35,896 bases of DNA from a virus (Duplodnaviria > Caudoviricetes): IMG/VR virus record IMGVR_UViG_3300032216_000254, positions 1 to 35,896 of that record; one strand, given 5' to 3'. How positions within the stretch are numbered: the stretch's first letter is position 1; each line of letters begins with the position of its first letter. The notes under the pieces were generated by a model that was given only the letters and a program-made list of their open reading frames with translations, made no database searches and had not been told where the DNA came from. Positions 1 to 9,444 of this stretch are shown here, piece after piece. The position numbers were made by a program, and so were the translations under genes.

Positions 1-1
1 A

Positions 2-373
2 AACGGTGGTTCACCAACATTGTTATTAGTAACACCAGCTCAAAAAGTTGTGGCTTCTACATTCTCTGGTATTGCAACTCGTTACAGAGATGTACCAGCT
101 AACCAACAAGCTCAAATCATCAACGCAGCAGATGTTTACGTTTCTGACTTTGGTATTATCCAAATTGTTCCAGACCGTTTCATTCCTAATGCTGACTATG
201 ATGACACAGCTTTCTTATTAGATACAGAAATGGCTGCAGTAGCTTACCTACGCCCATTCCAAACTAATGAGCTTGCTCAAGTTGGTGACGCTGAACTTAC
301 TCAACTTTTAGTAGAATACACACTAGAAGTTAAGAACGAAGCAGCACACGGCATTATCTCTGATTTAACTTAA
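2..373 (+). CDS. Major capsid protein, C-terminal part (DUF5309-like), truncated by the window start
   Basis: Frame is open from base 2. Motifs DVYVSDFG..IVPDRF, YLRPFQT.ELA..GD and LLVEYTLEVKNEAAHG are typical of this capsid family. A terminator follows. Confidence 0.85.
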   Translation, partial: NGGSPTLLLVTPAQKVVASTFSGIATRYRDVPANQQAQIINAADVYVSDFGIIQIVPDRFIPNADYDDTAFLLDTEMAAVAYLRPFQTNELAQVGDAELTQLLVEYTLEVKNEAAHGIISDLT

Positions 374-385
374 TCAGTATGAGTT

Positions 386-411
386 AGCCCTAGCAATAGG
401 GCTTTCTCTTT
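386..411 (+). terminator. Rho-independent terminator after the capsid gene
   Basis: AGCCCTA-GCAA-TAGGGCT stem with GNRA loop, followed by TTCTCTTT. Confidence 0.8.
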
Positions 412-450
412 ATAGCTTTTAATAAGAGTTATAAACAGAAAAGGATAAAT

Positions 451-771
451 ATGACAGATAAAGTAATTGATAATGGTATTTCACAAACATCTTTCCATGA
501 TGATGGTGATAATTTAGTTATTGCACATTCGCAAAATGTTACTGGCATTATTGAAGCCAATAAATCTGAATATGCACAAAATGATGAACGTAAAAGATGG
601 AGTGATGATTCATTTGGCAATAAAGTAGCGTCTATTCCTTTGGTAGTATTCCAAGAATTAGAAAAACAAGGTATTACTCGTGGTTTTACTGTCATAGATA
701 TGCCACGATTCAAAGCATGGTTAAATAATCCAGATAACAGAGCATTTAGAACAAGGACAGGTCGCATATAA
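451..771 (+). CDS. Conserved phage hypothetical protein (head/neck region)
   Basis: 106 aa with AAGGA RBS. VASIP...WLNNPDNRAFRT pattern is typical of genes directly after such capsid genes. Confidence 0.7.
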   Translation: MTDKVIDNGISQTSFHDDGDNLVIAHSQNVTGIIEANKSEYAQNDERKRWSDDSFGNKVASIPLVVFQELEKQGITRGFTVIDMPRFKAWLNNPDNRAFRTRTGRI

Positions 772-1397
772 TGGCTATAACTAACTATACAGATTTGCAG
801 TCAACGATTGCCGACTACTTGGCTCGTACAGATTTGACAACACAAATCCCACTTTTTATACAATTAGCAGAAAATAGATTAAGACGTGATTTACGCATTA
901 GACCTATGCTAAAAGTAGTTACAACAAGCATGACTGCTAATGACCCAACAGTAGCATTACCTAGTGACTTTTTAGAAATGCGTGATATTCATATTGAATC
1001 AAGTCCAATTCAAACACTTATTTACCAAAACCCAAGTAATTTCTACAGAAATACTAAAGCTGCAACATTAGATGTTGGTGCACCTAAAAACTATACTGTT
1101 ATGGGTTCAGAATTTCAATTTGCTCCAATTCCAGACTCTGCATACACACTTAAAATGGTTTATTACGCAGCACCTACATATTTAAGTTCAACAAACTCAT
1201 CTAATGTATTCTTGGCTAACTGCCCAGACTTATTACTATACGCATCTTTAGGTGAAGCAGAACCATATCTTATGAATGATGCAAGAGTTCAAACATGGGC
1301 AACACTATATGACAGAGGTGTCAATTCATTAACAGTATCAGATAGTGCTAGTGAGAATCCATCAGCACCAATGGTCATTTCATTAGCTACACGATAA
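771..1397 (+). CDS. Head-tail adaptor / tail tubular protein A-like
   Basis: 208 aa. NYTDLQ..IADYL.R.DL, LPSDFLEMR and PDLLLYASL.EA motifs, plus gene position. Confidence 0.7.
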   Translation: MAITNYTDLQSTIADYLARTDLTTQIPLFIQLAENRLRRDLRIRPMLKVVTTSMTANDPTVALPSDFLEMRDIHIESSPIQTLIYQNPSNFYRNTKAATLDVGAPKNYTVMGSEFQFAPIPDSAYTLKMVYYAAPTYLSSTNSSNVFLANCPDLLLYASLGEAEPYLMNDARVQTWATLYDRGVNSLTVSDSASENPSAPMVISLATR

Positions 1398-1406
1398 GGA
1401 TAAATT

Positions 1407-1793
1407 ATGTCAGAAATGTCAAACTACCTTGAAAATGCACTTATTAATGTGACATTAAGAGGAACATCATTCACAGCAGTATCAGCACCATACGTTGCAT
1501 TGTTTACATCTGACCCAACAGATGCAGGTAGTGGCACAGAAGTATCAGGTGGCTCATACACTAGAACAGCAGTTACTTTTGGTGCACCTTCTAACGGTGT
1601 ATCTACAAATAGTGCTGCAGTAGAGTTTCCACAAGCTACAGGTTCATGGGGAACAGTAGGTTGGATTGGAATTTATGACGCATCTTCATCAGGTAATCTT
1701 TTATACCATACACCACTAGACGTATCTAAAGACATTGCTACTGGCGACATCTTTAAAATTGCAACTGGTTCACTTTCAGTAACTTTAGCATAA
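1407..1793 (+). CDS. Virion structural protein (short tail-fibre-associated family)
   Basis: 128 aa. MSNYLENAL, YVALFTSDP, EVSGGSY.R and IYDASSSGNLL motifs. Confidence 0.65.
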   Translation: MSEMSNYLENALINVTLRGTSFTAVSAPYVALFTSDPTDAGSGTEVSGGSYTRTAVTFGAPSNGVSTNSAAVEFPQATGSWGTVGWIGIYDASSSGNLLYHTPLDVSKDIATGDIFKIATGSLSVTLA

Positions 1794-1801
1794 GGTAAAA
1801 C

Positions 1802-4315
1802 ATGGCTTTAGTCTTAAAGGATAGGGTCAAAGAAACAAGCACGACCACAGGCACAGGTTCGCTTACGCTTTTAGGTGCTTCTACTGGATACCAAACATTC
1901 TCTAGTGCTATCGGTAACACTAATACTACTTATTACACTATCCAAAATGCAGGCGAATGGGAAGTAGGTATTGGAACTGTTAGTGCAGGTTCGTTATCTC
2001 GTGATACCGTATTAGCATCATCTACAGGTGCTAAAGTAGCATTAAGTGCAGGTACTAAAGATGTATTTTGTACCTATCCTGCAGGTAAATCTGTATACAC
2101 AGATGCATCAGGTAACGTCAATTTATCAGGCACACTAACATCTACAGGTGAAATAACACCATCAGTCACAGCATCATCTACAGACTTAACATTAAGTGCT
2201 ATTAGCACAGGTAATGTTAATTTAAATACGCTAAATGGAACTTCATTAAAAGCAACAGATGTTGGAAGTTCAATGGTAAATTATGTTGAAGTTCAAGGCG
2301 GTGGTTCATCTGCTAGAGCATTAATTAGTTCAGGTGGTAGTGATGGAAGTATTCCACTTGTTATTAGAACAAAAGGAACATCAGCAATTAACTTTGCTAC
2401 AAATACTAGTTCTACAAATATACAAGCCGTAGTTGCCCACACAGCTTCTGCCGTAAACTATGTTCAAGTAACAGGTAGTGCTACAGGTGGATTACCAACA
2501 ATATCTGCACAAGGGTCTGATGCGGCTGTTGCTTTAGCTATACAATCTAAAGGCACATCACCTATTGTATTGCAAAATGGTTCAGCACAAAGAATATTAC
2601 GAGCAGATGGAACAGGCACAGGAGTAAACTATTTTAATATAGTTAGTTCTGCCGCATCACAAGCACCAATATTTAGTATTGCCGCCGCAAGTTCTGATGG
2701 TAATGTAAGTATGGCTTTCCAACCTAAAGGCACAGGTGCTATAGACCTAGCCGCAGGTAGTAATGGTGTAAATATAAGTAATGGTGGAACTGTAACAGCA
2801 GTTACAAGGACAAATGCAGGAACAGGATATACAACACAACCTACATGGACTGCATCTGCACCTACAACTGCAGGCGGAACAACAGCATCAGGAACAGCAA
2901 ATCTTGTTTTAGCGGCTGTAAGTAGTATTGGTAGCGGTGGCACAGGATATACTGCAGGTGATGTTCTTACGATTTCAGGTGGAACAGTAGCTTCACAAAC
3001 AGCACAAGTAACAGTATCAACAGTTTCAAGTGGTGTAATTACAGCGGTTACAGTTACAAGAGGCGGTGATTATACAGCTTCGCCTACAAACCCTGCATCA
3101 GTTACAGGTGGCACAGGAAGTAGTGCTACATTCAATCTTACATTTGGTATTCTTAATCCTGTAGTTTCAGTAGCAGGTTCAGGCTACATAGAACAACCTA
3201 CAATCACCTTTAGTGGTGGTGGTGGTAGTAGTGCGGCGGCTTATGCTACTGTGGGTAGTGGAACAGTTATTCGCAGTCTTGGTAATACAATGGATTTATA
3301 TGCACCAAGTGGCATAGGTTTTCGTATTGGTGATGGTGGTGCTACAACAACAGGATATTGGACTGCCTATCCAAATACAGCTTCACCTTCATTAAGAGCC
3401 ATTGGTTCATCTAGTGGTCAAATTGCTACAGGTTCAGCAGTTCCTATTCAGTTTTTAACTAATGCTACATCATCATCTGTAGAACAACTACGAGTATCCC
3501 ACACAGCATCAGCAGTTAATTATGTGCAGGTGACGGGTGCGGCAACAAGTGGACAACCTACTATATCTCCACAGGGTAGTGACGCCAATATAACTCTTGC
3601 TTTATCGCCAAAAGGCACAGGATTAATAAATATAACATCTGCCGCAAACATTGCTAGAAATTCTTATAACTTTATTCAAATTGCTGGAGGTGCGGCTACA
3701 GGAAATGCACCTAGCATAAATGCTTTAGGAACAGACCCTAACATAGACCTAACACTAACACCTAAAGGAACAGGTAGCGTAGCAATTAATAGTGCTATTA
3801 AGTTAGGTGCTAGTTTAGACGCTGGAACATCTGGTTATGTAATGACATCTGCAGGTACAGGTGCATCACCTACATGGACTGCTTCCACTGCAGGTGGTAT
3901 GACATTGCTAGGTACAATAACAACCACATCAGGAACTTCTGTATCTTTAAGTAGTTTAGTTTTAACCTCTTACAAACAAGTATTATTTATAATTAATGGT
4001 GTAAGTAATACTGGTACATTTGGTAACTTTACCATGACAGACCCTAATGCTACTACATTTAATTTAGCTGGATTTGGAGGAACTTCCACTTTTACTATTA
4101 CAGGTTATCTAACTATAGATTTATCTTCTGGAGTATTATTTGGAGTAGTAAGAAATAATACAACTACTACATTTCCAGATGTAAATTCTGGTGGTGGAGC
4201 TAATATACTCGTAATTGGTAAAACAACATTTAGCACATCCACAACAACATTTACATTTGGTGCATCTGCAAATGCATTTGATGCAGGTTCTATTTTAGTA
4301 TACGGTATTAAATAA
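1802..4315 (+). CDS. Long tail fibre / receptor-binding protein
   Basis: 837 aa, G/S/T/A-rich. N-terminal LKDRVKETSTTTGTG...WEVGIGT anchor and internal repeated modules. Confidence 0.8.
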   Translation: MALVLKDRVKETSTTTGTGSLTLLGASTGYQTFSSAIGNTNTTYYTIQNAGEWEVGIGTVSAGSLSRDTVLASSTGAKVALSAGTKDVFCTYPAGKSVYTDASGNVNLSGTLTSTGEITPSVTASSTDLTLSAISTGNVNLNTLNGTSLKATDVGSSMVNYVEVQGGGSSARALISSGGSDGSIPLVIRTKGTSAINFATNTSSTNIQAVVAHTASAVNYVQVTGSATGGLPTISAQGSDAAVALAIQSKGTSPIVLQNGSAQRILRADGTGTGVNYFNIVSSAASQAPIFSIAAASSDGNVSMAFQPKGTGAIDLAAGSNGVNISNGGTVTAVTRTNAGTGYTTQPTWTASAPTTAGGTTASGTANLVLAAVSSIGSGGTGYTAGDVLTISGGTVASQTAQVTVSTVSSGVITAVTVTRGGDYTASPTNPASVTGGTGSSATFNLTFGILNPVVSVAGSGYIEQPTITFSGGGGSSAAAYATVGSGTVIRSLGNTMDLYAPSGIGFRIGDGGATTTGYWTAYPNTASPSLRAIGSSSGQIATGSAVPIQFLTNATSSSVEQLRVSHTASAVNYVQVTGAATSGQPTISPQGSDANITLALSPKGTGLINITSAANIARNSYNFIQIAGGAATGNAPSINALGTDPNIDLTLTPKGTGSVAINSAIKLGASLDAGTSGYVMTSAGTGASPTWTASTAGGMTLLGTITTTSGTSVSLSSLVLTSYKQVLFIINGVSNTGTFGNFTMTDPNATTFNLAGFGGTSTFTITGYLTIDLSSGVLFGVVRNNTTTTFPDVNSGGGANILVIGKTTFSTSTTTFTFGASANAFDAGSILVYGIK

Positions 4316-4334
4316 CTTTTAAAAGGAAAAACAA

Positions 4335-4604
4335 ATGGCATTAATTAAATCAATACCTACAGACTTTGGCATTAACGCTGAATACTGGAATATCGGTGCA
4401 GTTCAAGAGGACTTTAAAGGCAAAGGCACAGAAGTAACATTCTATGGCTACGCTAATAAAGAAGCTCGTGAAGAAGGAAAACAACCATTATCAGCAGGCA
4501 AAGTTCAAATCGCAGGTGATGAATATGTAGCAGGTGCAGACCGTTCTGCTCTATACGCTATTATCAAGCTCAAACCTGAATTTGAAGGTGCAGTAGACGC
4601 TTAA
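4335..4604 (+). CDS. Small tail-fibre-associated protein (possible assembly chaperone)
   Basis: 89 aa directly after the fibre gene. MALIKSI.T.FG...Y..IK..PEFEGAVD pattern. Confidence 0.55.
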   Translation: MALIKSIPTDFGINAEYWNIGAVQEDFKGKGTEVTFYGYANKEAREEGKQPLSAGKVQIAGDEYVAGADRSALYAIIKLKPEFEGAVDA

Positions 4605-5137
4605 TGTTTGGATTTGCTGCACTATCGCAAATACCGTTTAGCTCACTTGCCACAAGTGAAATATATGCTAATGCATCTATAAACGCTTATGCTGATGTAA
4701 CAACTAATGCTTATAGAATAAGAAACACTAGTGGTGCTATAAATAGCAATGCAACAATAACTTGTAATGGAATTAAGGTAAGAACTGCTGTAGCAGATAT
4801 ATATGCAAATGCTACTGTAACAGCTTTAGGTGGTGTTGTTTATGACGGTCATGCTAGTGTAAATGCTACTGCTTTATTAAATTGTAATCCTAATGCAATA
4901 TGGTATGGACTAGGTGCAGTATCATGCCTAGCTAACATATTTGCAAATGGTCGCATTGTAGGTGATGAGTGGAATACACAAGCTGGTGGTAATGAACAAT
5001 GGAGTGCTATATCTACTGGCACAGAAACATGGACACAAATAAGTGGTGGTTCAGAAACATGGACTGAAACAGAAACTGGTGATAATACTTGGACAGATAC
5101 TGTGACAGGAAACGAAACGTGGTTAAGACAAGGGTAA
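4604..5137 (+). CDS. Virion structural protein with C-terminal Trp repeats
   Basis: 177 aa. MFGF..LS..PFS start and six Trp at 10-aa spacing at the C-terminus. Confidence 0.6.
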   Translation: MFGFAALSQIPFSSLATSEIYANASINAYADVTTNAYRIRNTSGAINSNATITCNGIKVRTAVADIYANATVTALGGVVYDGHASVNATALLNCNPNAIWYGLGAVSCLANIFANGRIVGDEWNTQAGGNEQWSAISTGTETWTQISGGSETWTETETGDNTWTDTVTGNETWLRQG

Positions 5138-5140
5138 AAA

Positions 5141-6496
5141 ATGGCAAAGACAAAAATTAGTGAATATTCATCTACAAGTGCAGGTGCTGACTTAAATACA
5201 GATATAGCATCTATTAACATTGATGAAAACTGTTCACCAGCTAATATCAACAACGCTATTCGTGCATTAATGGCACAAGTAAAAGACTTACAATCAGGTG
5301 TTAGTGGTGACACTATTCCTGTAGCTGCAGGTGGTACAGGTTCTGCAAATGCATCTACTGCTAGAACTGCATTAAGTGCTGCTGTATCAGGTGCTAATTC
5401 TGATATTACATCTTTATCAGGTCTTACTACACCATTATCTATTGCTCAAGGTGGTACAGGATATACTACAAATGCAACTATTTCTACAGTAGGTAGATTA
5501 TCTAATGTAGTTACAATTACTACAACATCTGCACATGGTTTTGTTACAGGCGATACAGTTACAGTTACTGCTGGCACAAATACATCTATTAATGGTGCAT
5601 ATACTATTACAGGTACACCAACATCTACATCCTTTACATACGCATTATCAGGAACTAATATATCTACAGTTTCAGATACAGGAACTGCAGTTACATCTAG
5701 TCAAAGATATGTAAACTTAACATCTAATGTTACAGGTACACTTCCATTATCTAAAGGTGGTTTAGGTGTAACTTCACTTACAAAAAATACTCTTATTGTA
5801 GGAAATGGTACAAGTGCATTTAATTCATTAAAGCCAAGCACAAATGGTAAAGTAGTTACATCTAAAGCTGGTTCTACAGTTAATGCTGCAGATTTAGTTG
5901 AAGGTGTTGAATACACAATTTTAACTGTAGGTTCTACATTAACTAATTGGACTTCTATTGGTGCATCATTAGGAACAGTTGGTGAAGTATTTACTAAAAA
6001 TAGCACAGCTGCTACAGGAAATGGTACTGCAACAGAAAACACATTTAGCATGGAGTCAATTCCATTGCAAGTAGTAGGCAGTTCTGCCAATACAACTACA
6101 GCAGGTTCATTTGTAACAAATGTTTACTACACAATTCTTACTGTAGGAACTACAGATTTTACTCTTATTGGTGCTTCATCTAATACAGTAGGTGTTATAT
6201 TTAAAGCAACAGGTGCTGGTTCAGGCACAGGAACTGCTACATCATTTCAAAATGGTTCACTTACATTAGGTGGATTTAAAGTTATTTGGGGTTTTGCAAC
6301 TATTACATCTGACAATGATGAAACTATTACATTTCATACAGCATTTAGTGTAGCTCCATTATTTGTTACTACTGACTTTAGAAATGATTTAGGTAGTGGT
6401 AATGATATTGGTCTTACAAAAACAGGATTTACATTTAACAGAAACGACAGTTTAAGTGGAACTACATTAGTTAGATATTTAGCTATAGGATACTAA
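5141..6496 (+). CDS. Second tail fibre / tailspike-like protein
   Basis: 451 aa. INNAIRALMAQ anchor, repeated L.IA.GGTG motifs, an AHG beta-domain and a duplicated YTILTVG module. Confidence 0.75.
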   Translation: MAKTKISEYSSTSAGADLNTDIASINIDENCSPANINNAIRALMAQVKDLQSGVSGDTIPVAAGGTGSANASTARTALSAAVSGANSDITSLSGLTTPLSIAQGGTGYTTNATISTVGRLSNVVTITTTSAHGFVTGDTVTVTAGTNTSINGAYTITGTPTSTSFTYALSGTNISTVSDTGTAVTSSQRYVNLTSNVTGTLPLSKGGLGVTSLTKNTLIVGNGTSAFNSLKPSTNGKVVTSKAGSTVNAADLVEGVEYTILTVGSTLTNWTSIGASLGTVGEVFTKNSTAATGNGTATENTFSMESIPLQVVGSSANTTTAGSFVTNVYYTILTVGTTDFTLIGASSNTVGVIFKATGAGSGTGTATSFQNGSLTLGGFKVIWGFATITSDNDETITFHTAFSVAPLFVTTDFRNDLGSGNDIGLTKTGFTFNRNDSLSGTTLVRYLAIGY

Positions 6497-8161
6497 ATGC
6501 CAACTCAAAGATACCCATTTACAGAATGGTTACCTGACCAACCATCTGTAGTAAACACATTGCAAGATGTCAGTAATGTCATTCCATCTACAGTAGGGTA
6601 TTTGCCATTTCCAATGGCTGTAGGATATTCTAATTCTGCTGCAGAAAATCTTAATAATGTCTTTGCATTAAAAATTAGCGGAACAGATAATATTTTTGCA
6701 GGTAGTGCAAGTAAACTATACAAATTAAATAGCACAAGTTTAGACCTTGATGATAAATCAAGAACTGGTGGCTATAGTAGCACATATCGTTGGCAATTTG
6801 TTCAATATGGAAGCACAGTTTTAGCTACTAATAATAATTCAAGAATACAATCATGGAATGGTTCTACATTTCAAGATTTAGGTGCATACATTTCAGCTAC
6901 TTATACTAGAGCAGGTACAACTGTTACAGTTACTACATCATCAGCACATGGATATACTACAGGAAATTCATTCTTGTTTTACTTTAAATCTGGTGGTGCA
7001 TTAGACGGAACTTATACTATTACTGTTACAGGAACTACTACATTTACTTTAACTACTGTGGCAAGTGGAACTATTTCTACAAGTAATGTGGACATTTACT
7101 CATCTGTAGCACCTGTAGCACAATATATTACAGTTGTTCGTGATTTTGTTGTAGCTGCAAGTGTTGGTGGTGTAACAAATAAACTACAATGGGCAGATTT
7201 AAATGACGAAACTAAATGGACTGCTGGTGCTGCATCACAATCAGATTATCAAATCATTGCTGATGGTGGTGATATTCGTGGAATTACAGGTGGTGAATTT
7301 GGTATAGTATTTTTAGCTAAATCTATAGTTCGTATGTCATATATTGGCTCACCATATTTTTTCCAATTTGATGTTATATCTCGTGGATTAGGCTGTATAG
7401 AAGGCAATTCTATTGCTCAATATGCAGGTATTTCATATTTCTTATCTGATGACGGTTTTTATGCTTGTGATGGTCGTGAAATAATACCTATTGGATTAGA
7501 TAAAGTAGATAATACATTCTATAAGGATGCAGACTTAAATAAACTTGATACTATGAGCACAGCAATAGACCCAGTTCGTAAGATTGTAGTATGGAACTAT
7601 CAGAATAATGCTGGTAAAAAGTCAATGCTTATTTATAATTGGCTTATTAAAAAATGGTCTAAAATAGAAAATATTTATAAGGTTAATACTACAACATATT
7701 CAGGTGTAGATTATATTGCACCTGTAGCCACAACAGGAAAGACTTTAGAAGGTATTGCTGCAATATATCCAAATTTAGATACATTACCTACATCATTAGA
7801 TGATAGACAATGGTCTGGTGGTAAGTTCTTATTTGCAGGAACTTTAGGTGCAAAAATTATTACATTTACAGGTAGTAATGCTATTGCCAATATTACTATT
7901 GGTGACATAGAGCAAGGATACAACTCTGTAATGACTCTTGTAAGAGCACAAGTTCAAGATGGTTCTGTAAATGTTGCAGTTGCATCTCGTAGACAATTAA
8001 CAGATAACATAGCATTTAAAACTACTGTATCAGCAAGTAATGAAGGTAGATGCTCTGTAAGAAGTGCTGGTCGTTACCATAGAGTAAGTATTACTCCTAC
8101 AGGTTCATGGTCTAATATGATTAGTGCTGATGTAGACTTTACAACACAAGGCGATAGATAA
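6497..8161 (+). CDS. Tail nozzle / DNA stabilisation protein (P22 gp10-like)
   Basis: 554 aa, beta-propeller-like. EWLPDQP start, RGLGC....SI and YFLSDDGFY motifs, located before the ejection genes. Confidence 0.7.
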   Translation: MPTQRYPFTEWLPDQPSVVNTLQDVSNVIPSTVGYLPFPMAVGYSNSAAENLNNVFALKISGTDNIFAGSASKLYKLNSTSLDLDDKSRTGGYSSTYRWQFVQYGSTVLATNNNSRIQSWNGSTFQDLGAYISATYTRAGTTVTVTTSSAHGYTTGNSFLFYFKSGGALDGTYTITVTGTTTFTLTTVASGTISTSNVDIYSSVAPVAQYITVVRDFVVAASVGGVTNKLQWADLNDETKWTAGAASQSDYQIIADGGDIRGITGGEFGIVFLAKSIVRMSYIGSPYFFQFDVISRGLGCIEGNSIAQYAGISYFLSDDGFYACDGREIIPIGLDKVDNTFYKDADLNKLDTMSTAIDPVRKIVVWNYQNNAGKKSMLIYNWLIKKWSKIENIYKVNTTTYSGVDYIAPVATTGKTLEGIAAIYPNLDTLPTSLDDRQWSGGKFLFAGTLGAKIITFTGSNAIANITIGDIEQGYNSVMTLVRAQVQDGSVNVAVASRRQLTDNIAFKTTVSASNEGRCSVRSAGRYHRVSITPTGSWSNMISADVDFTTQGDR

Positions 8162-8481
8162 TGGCTCGTGATATGTACCGTAAACTCAACCCTAGTGGTG
8201 GAGAACCTCGTGAAATTTCAGAGATAGTAAATAATTTAGTTGAAGGTAAAACTAACAATACAGGTGATATTACTTTAAATGCTGGTAGTGCTACTACAAC
8301 AACCATTTCTAATGAACGTATAGGATATAATAGTATTATACTTCTTATGCCCACAACAGCTAATGCGGTTGCATCTTTAACCAATGTATATGTAAGTGCA
8401 AGAACAAAAGGAAGTGCAACATTAACTCATTCAGCAAATACAAATACGGATAAAACATACGGTTATATTATAGTAGGATGA
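8161..8481 (+). CDS. Virion structural protein
   Basis: 106 aa, translationally coupled within the tail module. Confidence 0.55.
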   Translation: MARDMYRKLNPSGGEPREISEIVNNLVEGKTNNTGDITLNAGSATTTTISNERIGYNSIILLMPTTANAVASLTNVYVSARTKGSATLTHSANTNTDKTYGYIIVG

Positions 8482-8876
8482 TTTTACATTATATACTTAA
8501 AGACCAATTACGTCAACATTGGGACTATGTTAAACATGGTCTTGAGTTAGTTCGTGCAAAAGGTCATAACGAATGGATAGTAGAAGATGTTTATTGTGAC
8601 TGTTATGAAAATCGTTCTATGTTATTTATTGGAATTATAGAGAATAAACCAGTTGGTTTTGTAGTATTACAACCTATAGGAAATGCACTTCATGTATGGG
8701 CTACATGGTCTACATTAAACGACAAAACATTATTTCAACAAGCATGGCAAGAAATACAATTAATAGCAAAACAAGGCGGTAAGTCTAAAGTTACATTTAC
8801 ATCTGTAAGAAAAGGATGGGAACGTAATGCTAGGGAATTAGGTTTTAAACCATCAACATGGGAATTTATACTTTAA
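8478..8876 (+). CDS. GNAT-fold-like protein preceding the ejection genes
   Basis: 132 aa. PVGFVVL...LHVW...S.RKGW.R pattern, in the position usual for podovirus GNAT-like genes. Confidence 0.5.
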   Translation: MILHYILKDQLRQHWDYVKHGLELVRAKGHNEWIVEDVYCDCYENRSMLFIGIIENKPVGFVVLQPIGNALHVWATWSTLNDKTLFQQAWQEIQLIAKQGGKSKVTFTSVRKGWERNARELGFKPSTWEFIL

Positions 8877-8885
8877 GGAAGAATT

Positions 8886-9443
8886 ATGGGTGCACAGTTA
8901 CAAAATTTATATAATCAAGGTTCAATGCAACAAGGCAATGATTATAATACAACGTTAGGTAATTATTTTAACCAAACAACTCCTACGTCACCGTATTGGG
9001 GTTCATATACACAACCTTTAAATATTAATCCAACCAATACAACACCAGCAAAACAAACTACATCAACAAGTTCACCTATGGGTACTCATGGTGGAGGAAG
9101 TGGTGAAGTATTTTATGATGCAAATAAAGGTCAGTATTATACTTTAGGTCCTAGAGCATTAGGTATTGATGGCGGTTCTGGTGCAAAACAATATATTGGC
9201 ACATCATTAAATGATTCTAGTAATAATAGTGATTCTAGTAATAGTGGTGGTGGTTCTTTTAAAAATCCAAGTCCATTGCCAAATTATTCTATGTATACTC
9301 CTCCAGAACAAATGCCAGATATTAATGCTTATTTATATAGTCCTAATTCATTATTAGGTGCAATGCAAAATTCTGGCATTCCTATTGCAGGTGCTGGAAG
9401 ATTTGCTAATCTATTATCAACAAATACTTCTAAAGGCAAATAA
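8886..9443 (+). CDS. Hypothetical protein, possibly internal virion
   Basis: 185 aa, low complexity, AAGGA RBS. Confidence 0.55.
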   Translation: MGAQLQNLYNQGSMQQGNDYNTTLGNYFNQTTPTSPYWGSYTQPLNINPTNTTPAKQTTSTSSPMGTHGGGSGEVFYDANKGQYYTLGPRALGIDGGSGAKQYIGTSLNDSSNNSDSSNSGGGSFKNPSPLPNYSMYTPPEQMPDINAYLYSPNSLLGAMQNSGIPIAGAGRFANLLSTNTSKGK

Positions 9444-9444
9444 T

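Noticed and set aside
2430-3545. Tail fibre repeats as a diversity-generating retroelement TR/VR pair
   Set aside because: Differences are synonymous and not adenine-specific, and no reverse transcriptase is present.
429-8384. Minus-strand ORFs in the structural region (429, 2629, 4105, 4849, 5701, 6505, 7711, 8139)
   Set aside because: They lie antisense to well-supported genes and show no recognisable motifs. They are best explained as shadows of codon bias.
9213-9245. GATTCTAGTAATA repeated with an 18-nt period
   Set aside because: Two copies encoding a low-complexity Ser/Asn linker, consistent with simple slippage.
9358-9444. N-terminal extension of the 399-aa ORF
   Set aside because: It overlaps the upstream gene by 86 nt. 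ATG 9445 directly after the upstream stop is more plausible.
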